Assembly (NCBI RefSeq): GCF_016432865.1
Contig: NC_067399.1
Location: 1,922,001 to 1,986,000 of the forward strand
Direction of reading: 5' to 3'
From: Antechinus flavipes
Lineage: Eukaryota
Length of the DNA: 64,000 nucleotides
This document shows positions 50,078-58,415 of this stretch, one piece after another. The notes below the pieces were generated by a model. It made no database searches and was not told the DNA's origin. It worked only from the letters and a program-made list of their open reading frames with translations. Each line of letters opens with the position of its first letter. The stretch's first letter is position 1. Made by a program: the position numbers and the translations under genes.

Positions 50078-51314
50078 GTAAGAGCCCGGACCCCTGCCGG
50101 CCGGCACTTATCGAGCGCCTGCTGTTTGCCCGGCTCTCCGGGGCGTACGGGGGGCGGCCTGGGGTGTGGGCGCTTCCTTCTCCCCTGTGCCCCCGCGGCC
50201 CCCTCGTAGTGCTCTCTGCCCCCGGCTGTGGCGGAGTGAACCCCCTTTCCCCCGACGGCCTTCCTTCCTCGACCTCCCCCAGCTGTCGGGTCGCGCTCTC
50301 CCCCGTCCTGGCTCGAGCTTCTGCGCCCATTGTAGCGGCGAGAACGCCGGGGCCCGGAGCGCCCTGGGAGCTCGTTGGCGCTGCCCGGCCTGTCGCAGCT
50401 TGCGGCCCCACGGTAGGGCTGTGCCCGGGCCCCCGCACGCCCCGGGGATCCCGTGTTCCCCCCTCCCCGCGCGGGGGGCAGAGGCCGTGAGCAGACGGGC
50501 CCCCCGAGTTAGGGCCCTCTCACGGGGGAGGGCAGCGGCTGCCACGCGCTTCCTCCTCGCCAAAGCATCGAGGCTCAATGACGGGCTCCCCCAGCGCCGA
50601 GAAGGGGGCGCTTGCTCAGCGGGGCCCGAGGCGGGCGGGCCGAGGGTCTGGCAGCATTCGCACTCGGGCCCTGGGCCCGCCGCCTTCCCGCCGCCTTCCC
50701 CCGCCGGTTTCATTTTTTGTGCGCGCAGGGATCCGCTTTCCCCAAAATAGAGAGATTCCGGCCGGCCCGTTGGGGGCCGGCGGGGTGAGCTTGGCCCAAG
50801 GGAGCGGCCTTCTCCCGGGGCTCCCACTGGGGGGCGGCGGCACGGGGGCCCTCCGGGAGTCGGGCAGTAGTGAAGGCCCGCGGTTCCAGCGGGGGAGGGG
50901 GCGGGAGCCCCTGCGGGCACCCCTCCCCGTGTGGCCCCCAGAGGGAGCTGTGGAGGCGCGGGGAGCACCCGGGCGCCTCTGAGGGCCGGAGCCTCGCCCG
51001 CATCTTGGCATTGGCCGGGTGCCAGGGGCCGCCTCAAGGAGCTTCTTGCGCCAGTGAGCGGGCAGAGTCTGGGCTGGTACCGGTTTGCCCTCCCAGTCTT
51101 CGCCCACCTTTCCTGACCGCCCCCTCCCCCTCAGAGAAGGAATAAGAAGGGGCGAAAGCCCCAGCCCGGCCAGAGTTAAGCAACAGGTTGGCCAGATGGG
51201 CTCCAGACGCGCCCCACCTCTGCCGGGAGGGGCTGAGTCAGGAGTCTTGCGCCACTTCGGCCTCTTGGGTTGACATTGTTGTCTAATGATGGTTTTCCTG
51301 GTTCCTGGGGCGGC

Positions 51315-52880
51315 TTCTGGGGAGGCTCCCCCCCGTCCCCCCAAGGTTCCCCCAAGGTTCCCTTTGGCTGCCTCTGTCACTGTTAGGAACGGCTTCCGGG
51401 GAGGCTCCCCCCCTGTCCCCCCAAGGTTCCCCCAAGGTTCCCTTTGGCTGCCTCTGTCACTGTTAGGAACGGCTTCCGGGGAGGCTCCCCCCCTGTTCCC
51501 CCAAGGTTCCCTTGGCTGCCTCTGTCACTGTTAGGAACGGCTTCCGGGGAGGCTCCCCCCCTGTCCCCCCAAGGTTCCCCCAAGGTTCCCTTTGGCTGCC
51601 TCTGTCACTGTTAGGAACAGCTTCCGGGGAGGCTCCCCTCCTGTCCCCCCAAGGTTCCCCCCAAGGTTCCCTTTGGCTGCCTCTGTTAGTGTTCCCCCCT
51701 GTCCCCCCGAGGTTCCCTTTGGCTGCCTCTGTTAGTGTTCCCCCCTGTCCCCCCCAGGTTCCCTTTGGCTGCCTCTGTTAGTGTTAGGAACGGCTTCCGG
51801 GGAGGCTCCCCCCCGTCCCCCCAAGGTTCCCCCAAGGTTCCCTTTGGCTGCCTCTGTCACTGTTAGGAACGGCTTCCGGGGAGGCTCCCCCCCTGTCCCC
51901 CCAAGGTTCCCCCCAAGGTTCCCTTTGGCTGCCTCTGTCACTGTTAGGAACGGCTTCCGGGGAGGCTCCCCCCCTGTTCCCCCAAGGTTCCCTTTGGCTG
52001 CCTCTGTCACTGTTAGGAACGGCTTCCGGGGAGGCTCCCCCCCTGTCCCCCCAAGGTTCCCCCCAAGGTTCCCTTTGGCTGCCTCTGTCACTGTTAGGAA
52101 CGGCTTCCGGGGAGGCTCCCCCCCTGTCCCCCCAAGGTTCCCCCTGAGGTTCCCTTTGGCTGCCTCTGTTAGTGTTCCCCCCGTCCCCCTGAGGTTCCCT
52201 TTGGCTGCCTCTGTTAGTGTTCCCCCCAAGGTTCCCCCCCAGGTTCCCTTTGGCTGCCTCTGTTAGTGTTAGGAACGGCTTCGGGGAGGCTCCCCCCCGT
52301 CCCCCCAGGTTCCCCCCAAGGTTCCCTTTGGCTGCCTCTGTCACTGTTAGGAACGGCTTCCGGGGAGGCTCCCCCCCTGTCCCCCCAAGGTTCCCCCCAA
52401 GGTTCCCTTTGGCTGCCTCTGTCACTGTTAGGAACGGCTTCCGGGGAGGCTCCCCCCCTGTTCCCCCAAGGTTCCCTTTGGCTGCCTCTGTCACTGTTAG
52501 GAACGGCTTCCGGGGAGGCTCCCCCCCTGTTCCCCCAAGGTTCCCTTTGGCTGCCTCTGTCACTGTTAGGAACGGCTTCCGGGGAGGCTCCCCCCCTGTC
52601 CCCCCAAGGTTCCCCCTGAGGTTCCTTTGGCTGCCTCTGTTAGTGTTCCCCCCTGTCCCCCCCAGGTTCCCTTTGGCTGCCTCTGTTAGTGTTAGGAACG
52701 GCTTCCGGGGAGGCTCCCCCCCGTCCCCCCAAGGTTCCCCCAAGGTTCCCTTTGGCTGCCTCTGTCACTGTTAGGAACGGCTTCCGGGGAGGCTCCCCCC
52801 CTGTCCCCCCAAGGTTCCCCCCGAGGTTCCCTTTGGCTGCCTCTGTCACTGTTAGGAACGGCTTCCGGGGAGGCTCCCTG
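51315..52880. repeat. VNTR of about 69-80-bp units with about 37-bp truncated variants, in ATAD2B intron 1
   Basis: Unit gttccctttggctgcctctgtcactgttaggaacggcttccggggaggctccccccctgtccccccaag(gttccccccaag); copies start at 51357 and 51437. Confidence 0.95.
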
Positions 52881-53047
52881 CTTGACCTCCTCCGAGCCTT
52901 CACGTTGAGCGGCCGGCCCCGTAATAATGCTTGCCTGGGTTCCGAGTCTCGGTTCTCTGACTGTCTCTGGGAAAGGAGCTGCCCGAAATGTCCGGGGGCC
53001 CAGGGGCCTCTGCTCTGTGCTCCCCGTGGGACACCCGGGGACTTCCG

Positions 53048-53488
53048 TGTAATGGGCTGAGGCTTGAGTTGATGCACTGAGGTCCCAAGCACATGAGGCT
53101 AAATAGTAATTGGACCATACTCTATTAATAGATAAGCTTGGAGAGAGAATGGCCCCCACCCACTCTTTGTGCAAGTCCTGATGTGTTGTATAGGAAATGA
53201 CGATTTTGGTGGGTGGAGGCAGGGGAGTGGAGAAGGAAGGGGAGGAGAGACCTTTGGGACGGCCATTGCCTCAGTTGCCGACACAGTTGCCTCCATGGTT
53301 GCCTCGGCTCGCGTCGCTCTCTCTTAGCTGGCTTCCTGTCGCAACTGCCTATATTTGCTATCGCAATCTTTCTTGCCTATATTTGCTATAGCAATCTTTA
53401 TTCACCTCTTCGCTTCAATAAATATTGAAGATTTTCCCCTTAACCTGAATTCCTGACTCCGGCTGACTTTAAATACGCGGTCATTACA
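53048..53488 (+). mobile_element. Complete ERV2 (betaretrovirus-like) LTR, 441 bp
   Basis: TGTAATG...CATTACA terminal inverted repeat; AATAAA at 53417-53422; followed by tt and a PBS. Confidence 0.92.
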
Positions 53489-53490
53489 TT

Positions 53491-53508
53491 TGGCGCCCAA
53501 CGTGGGGC
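53491..53508 (+). other. Primer binding site for tRNA-Lys1,2
   Basis: TGGCGCCCAACGTGGGGC, the 18-nt complement of the tRNA-Lys(CUU) 3' end used by betaretroviruses. Confidence 0.93.
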
Positions 53509-53509
53509 T

Positions 53510-53984
53510 AAAGCTGCCTCAGATTCACCCCGCCCTTGAGCCTCACTTAAGTCTTCATGCCCTGTGGGGATATGGCCATTAATCTGTTCTTTGTCTTCCT
53601 CCTTTACCTCAGGCTTCCGCATTTGGCCATTCTTAGAGTTTTTTCCTTTTCTCCTAAAACTAGTACGGTATTTTAAGGCCATCTGTATCGTATTATATAA
53701 ATAGAATGCCTCGAAGGGAACTGACTGAGAGTTGTCAATGTTATAATCAGAGATCTGTTGACCAACCAATGCCCAGTTACCCAGAGAGATTTGCTCTTCC
53801 TCTAAGAACCCAGGGGAGGTAAGTTTTAATGTACTCAAAAGTTTAGCTGCGTGTTCCAAGATACAACTAGCCCTTCCTCTTCTATCAGGTCACGCAGGCT
53901 TTTTATAACACCACTCCTGGGTGGGGCAGGGGTTGGGGGGTTTGGGGTGGGGGATGGAGAATCTTTACCTAGGATCTGTCCCAT
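53510..53984 (-). pseudogene. gag: Inverted, truncated ERV gag 5' end (matrix domain) with one frameshift
   Basis: ATG at 53984: MGQILGKDSPSP...SLRDLIEEEGLVVSW, a 1-nt frameshift, then HAAKLLSTLKLTSPGFLEEEQISLGNWALVGQQI...VPFEAFYLYNTIQMAL. This resembles betaretroviral MA (MGQ start, PWF.EE...W..VG pattern). The 3' breakpoint is uncertain. Confidence 0.8.
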
Positions 53985-54005
53985 TTCAGCCAAAAAGTTA
54001 CTGCG

Positions 54006-54118
54006 TTGAAGTCAAGAGGAAGGGGAGGAGATGGCTCAGTGGATAGAGCACTAGCCTTGAAGTCAAGAGGACCTGAGTTCAAATCCAGCCTCAGACACTT
54101 AACAAACAGTAAAAGTAA
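54006..54118 (+). mobile_element. tRNA-derived SINE head inside the ERV remnant
   Basis: A-box tggctcagtgg and B-box gagttcaaatcc; the 15-mer ttgaagtcaagagga occurs twice (about 54006 and about 54056). Confidence 0.75.
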
Positions 54119-54119
54119 G

Positions 54120-54356
54120 TGGAGGCAACCGTGGCAATGGCAGTCCCAAAAGTCTCTCCTTCCCCTTCCTTCTCCACTCCCCTGCCTCCACCCACCAAAA
54201 TCGTCATTTCCTATACAACACATCAGGACTTGCACAAAGAGTGGGTGGGGGCCATTCTCTCTCCAAGCTTATCTATTAATAGAGTATGGTCCAATTACTA
54301 TTTAGCCTCATGTGCTTGGGACCTCAGTGCATCAACTCAAGCCTCAGCCCATTACA
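54120..54356 (-). mobile_element. Inverted partial LTR (U3 5' end) of the same ERV
   Basis: 54161-54356 is the exact reverse complement of 53048-53243; flanked on the right by cttccg (54357-54362). Confidence 0.92.
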
Positions 54357-57300
54357 CTTCCGGGCCCGGGTCCCGGCTGCTCTCCAGGAGGACCGGTCCC
54401 CCCTCAGAAACGCATCTCTTTTCTCACCCTCAGGAAAGAGGAGCCGTTGCCCGCAGGCTGTGCAGCCCGGGGAGATGCCCGCCCGTGTCGGTGCCCGCTC
54501 TGGGCCTGTCAGCAGGGCGTGAGCTTGGGCCGGCAGGCGGGGGCGCCCGTCCCCTGACTCTTTGTCAGCTGCTGGAAGGCTCTTGGTCTCAAACCCCTGA
54601 GTCACTGATTTCATTCGAGGCTCTTTTCTCCAGTCTCGTTCCTTGGTTCCGTTGTCAGTGCAGACCCGCTTTTTCGGGTGTTTAAGCCCCCGCTCCCCCC
54701 AGATTCTTCCCTGCCCTCGGCAGGTCCGAGCTGCCGTCGCCCTCGGAGAGCTGACGGGCGCTTCCCTCCTTTGTGCCCTAGTTGTGGCGCGGGGAGTCCC
54801 TCCCGGTGCTCACCCCGTGGCGCTTGACGGGCCCGGCATCCGGGAGCGCTGCTGAGTGGGTTTGAGGGGCGCTGCTTTGTGGGCCAGTGTGAGGTCGGGG
54901 ATCGCCGGGCGTCCACTTTTTCCCATTAAACCCTGTCCTTTGGCAACTGCCTTGAGCAAGATGGGAAGCCCAAGGTCATTGCGGTAGTCTGCGGCAGCGA
55001 AGGGGGGAGGGGGACCTCATGGCCCAGCTAGCTGCATGACCCGGACAAGCCCCTTGTCCCTCTTCCCCCAAGTTTTCTCACCTGTAAAGTGAGACGCAGA
55101 AGGGCAGGGCCCACACTCCAAGCTCTCTGCCAAGAAAGTGGGTCTCAGAGACCGGGCCGGGACCGGAAGAGTCTGGGGGCCTGGCCTGGGGGGATTCTGA
55201 GGGTGGGGGAGCCGCTCACTGCAGAGAAGGCTGCCTGTGGCTGCCGCGGAGACCCGGGCCTCTGGCTGGGCCGTTCTGGGACGCCGGCTCCAGTGGTGAG
55301 GCCGGGGTGCGGCCGGAGTCGCCGCCTGCAGCTCCAGATCCTCCGCTCCCTTTGGGAAGGCGGGAAAAGGAGCGCCCGCGGTCGGGGCAGACAAGTGTCC
55401 GAACCGGCCAGCCTGAGGCGCAGCCGGGCTTCCTGGGGCTCCCTGCGGAGGCCCAGCCCGGGTGGTCGGTGCCGGGAGCCTTTCGTAGCCCACTATCCTA
55501 TTGCATCCCTTCCTCTTCCAGCTTGTTCTAAGCCTTTCTTGTCCTTCGTTAGGGCGTTGGGGTGCTCCCTCTCCACCCTGAGGGACAGCCCCTGGTGGGG
55601 TCAGGGTCATCCGGAGCAGCGCGTGGGGCAGCCCAGCATGGGAGAAGACTGGGGAGGTTCTGGAAGGCTTTGAATGCCATGTGGAGGGTTGGAGATCTGG
55701 TCCTGAGGCCAGAGCGAGCCGCAGGCGTTTAGGAGTGGGGACGGCGGTTCTGCCGTGGTCAGAAAGTGAAGGGTCTGAGAAGAGGGGCCTCGAAGGCCAG
55801 ATCGCTGACAGCTGACAGAGTGAGCCCCGGAGGACGGCACCTGAGCTGGGAGAGGGGGCAGAGTTCCGGGGAAAGAGCCTCCACTTGGGGACGATGGGAA
55901 GGCAGGAGAGAAATCGGGCCTGGACAAGGCCGTGGGAGGATCCGGAGACGCTGGTCAGGCCAAATGGCCAAGAGGCCAGAGGGGAGCCCAGTCTGGTCCT
56001 GAGAGGCCCTGCGGCTGGGGGGCATCCAGCAGGGGGGAGGGGGAACCTGGAGAAAATGGGGGCAAGGTCGGATGACTGGTAGGGAGGGAGAGGGATGTGG
56101 GGGAGAAGGGAGCAGAGGTCGTAGCTGTCTCGGGGGGTGATTGGGAGAAGTGGGGTGCAGCGAACAGAAGGGGTCGGCAGTGAGATACCTAGGAGACAGG
56201 AGACAGGGAGGGAAAGGAGGGAAATGTGCAGAAGGGCCCTTCTCTGGCCTTAAAAACAAGCCCTTTTCCACGTGGGGGCTGCCGGGGAGCCACGCCAGGG
56301 CGCTCAGGAGCAGCTCCGGAGGGATGGCTTCCGTGGCTGCAGAGACCAGTTCACAATTAGAGAAGCCCCCTTCCCCCCGAAGCTCTCGCGATCCCCCGGC
56401 TCCCTCAGCGCGCCTGTGTCTGAGGCCGCTGTCCGGCCCCCTCCCACCCTGCCGGTGCCCTTTAACCTCACGCCCCATCCCGCACCCTTTGCGTTTTGTT
56501 TGTGGGGCTCCCCCATGAGGTTGTGAGCCCATCGGGGCAGGCTCTGTTTTTTGCCCCCTTTTGCTTCCCCCGCCCTTAGCACAGTGCCTGGCACACAGTA
56601 GGAGCTTGATAAATGCTTGTTGACCCATTGACTTTCTGCAGCTCTGCCTCCTCTGACCGTCCTGTGACGGGGAACTCAGGGTCCTTCTGCAGCTGGTCAG
56701 GGACGGTCGGAACTTTGGGGGGGCTGGCCTCAGCGCTCTGGGACACAAGCCCACCCCGGCCAGTTTGCCCGTTCCTTTTTTGAAAGTCGGGGAAACGGTC
56801 GCTTCTCTTTGCTCCGGCTGGCCCTGGCTGGACTCTGGAAGCCCCTCGGGGAGGTCAGCCTTCCCGCCCCCCAGGTGTCATGGACCGGGGGCCTCAGACT
56901 TGTGCCCGGCCAGCCTGCGGCACGGGCCTGCGCTGGGGGCCAACTTCCTCGCCCCCGCTCGCCTTCGTTGGGTGATGGGTTGGGGCGTGGGGTTGCTAGA
57001 CCTCAGACGGGGCCCTGGGCCGGGCACGGACACTTCACGAGCTTGTTCCTCACGGGGACTCGGGGTCCAGCTGCGAGGCCGGAAGGAGCCGGGTCAAGTT
57101 CCTTCTTGACTTGGCTCCGTTCACCCGGAGGAGAAGCTGCAGACACGAGGAGCCTTTCTGTGGGAGAAGGTGGGCAGCCCCCTGGATGTCCGCCCGCAGG
57201 ACGCCGCCCTGACACGCTGCCCGGCTCTGGCCCTTCGTGCGCCTGCCAGGTCACCTCTGTGCAGATTAACTGGACCGGTTCCCGAAGGCCCCTTTGGTGG

Positions 57301-57934
57301 GTGGGCGGCGCTCACCGTGCTCTGGACAGTGGACTTGCCTCCTGATTCGTGGGGGCCACAGCGCACGAGCAGGGGGCTCTGCCAGGTTCAGGGCTTGGAT
57401 GTCATTGGTGGGCAAGAGCCAGCCCAGGGACTGCCCGCCCCCAAGGAGCTCTCCCCATCTTGGACCCAGACCGGATTCTCCGACCTGAGGGAGAGAGGTC
57501 GCCTCGGGCCTCCCCGTGTCTCCCGGGGCCTCCCTGCTCCCAACTACGGGCAGAAGGCCGTGGAGCAGGGGGATCGCTCCAGGCAGACCTGCTTCTGATG
57601 TGGGCAGAGACCCCTTTGGGGGAGGGGCCGCAGGTGCTGATGGAGCCCACACTCTGTCACGGTCTGCGGAAGGGCGGCCCCGCGGGCGTCAGGTGCCAGG
57701 TGGGCAGACCATGGTCTGGGCAGCTTATCCTGGTGGGAGCCACCGGCAGCCTGTGTGTGTGTGTGGGGGGTGAGTGTGAGCATCAGCCCTTTGTAAGCTG
57801 GGGCCCTGGGTCGTGGCCGGCCTTTGACTTGGTGAGCGCCTTCTCGCGCCGGGCGAAGTTGTCGAGAACCCCGGTGACTTTGTGCTTCTCCGAGCCGCGT
57901 CGGGCGCAGTCTCTGTTGCCACCATTGCCTCAGG

Positions 57935-58072
57935 GCTCCCGCGGCTCTCGGGGCTCCCGCGGCTCTCGGGGCTCCTGCGGCTCTCGGGGCTCTCGGGGCT
58001 CCCGCGGCTCTTGGGGCTCTCGGGGCTCTCGCGGCTCTCGGGGCTCCCGCGGCTCTCGGGGCTCTCGGGGCT
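57935..58072. repeat. 9-bp tandem repeat (cggggctct / cgcggctct)
   Basis: About 15 copies, directly visible. Confidence 0.9.
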
Positions 58073-58279
58073 GGTTGTTTCCGGGCCCCCTCGGGCCCTG
58101 TGGGTTTTGGTTTCCTCTTTGGCCGGGTTACGCTTCTGCCTTACGCCGGCGTGGGTCGGCTGTCCCTGCTTTACCCCTGATCCCTGGGAAAGGTCTCGAG
58201 CCGATCACGTCGGCTCTTGGGTTTAGGTCCGTCGGGTCACAGAAAGACCCATTTATTCCTTTGCTTTCTAGCACTGTCT

Positions 58280-58415
58280 TTTTTTAAGCTGAGGCAATTG
58301 GGGTTGAGTGAGTTGCCCAGGGTCCCACAGCCAGGAAGGGTTTCTGAGGCAGGACTCGAACTCGGGTCCTCCTGACCTCAGGGCTCTAACCACTGCAGCA
58401 CCTAGCGGCCCCTGC
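58280..58415 (-). mobile_element. CORE-SINE (marsupial type)
   Basis: T tail, gaggcaattggggttgagtgagttgcccagggtc...gaactcgggtcctcctgac...ccactgcagcacctagcggcccc. Confidence 0.75.

Larger units (their letters stand above)
47300..51050. promoter_or_regulatory. Large CpG island, probable divergent UBXN2A / ATAD2B promoter region
   Basis: Very CpG-dense. GC box at about 49495; NRF1-like tgcgcacgcgc (49530), gcgcacgca (49562) and tgcgcgcgca (49594); E2F-like tttccgcgc (49578). Confidence 0.75.

Noticed and set aside
47371-51380. Many 150-400-aa Arg/Gly/Pro ORFs in the CpG island
   Set aside because: Stop-codon depletion in very GC-rich DNA; only the MVNTRK exon has homology support.
51383-53092. 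Repetitive ORFs (GGTGGEPPRKPFLTVTEAAKGNL)n
   Set aside because: Translation of the VNTR; no coding context.
54006-54095. A tRNA gene
   Set aside because: A and B boxes are present but the sequence continues into SINE body and I could not fold a convincing cloverleaf.
53048-54356. A DNA transposon with long terminal inverted repeats
   Set aside because: The arms are LTR sequence (TG..CA, AATAAA, Lys PBS, gag), not transposon TIRs, and there is no transposase.
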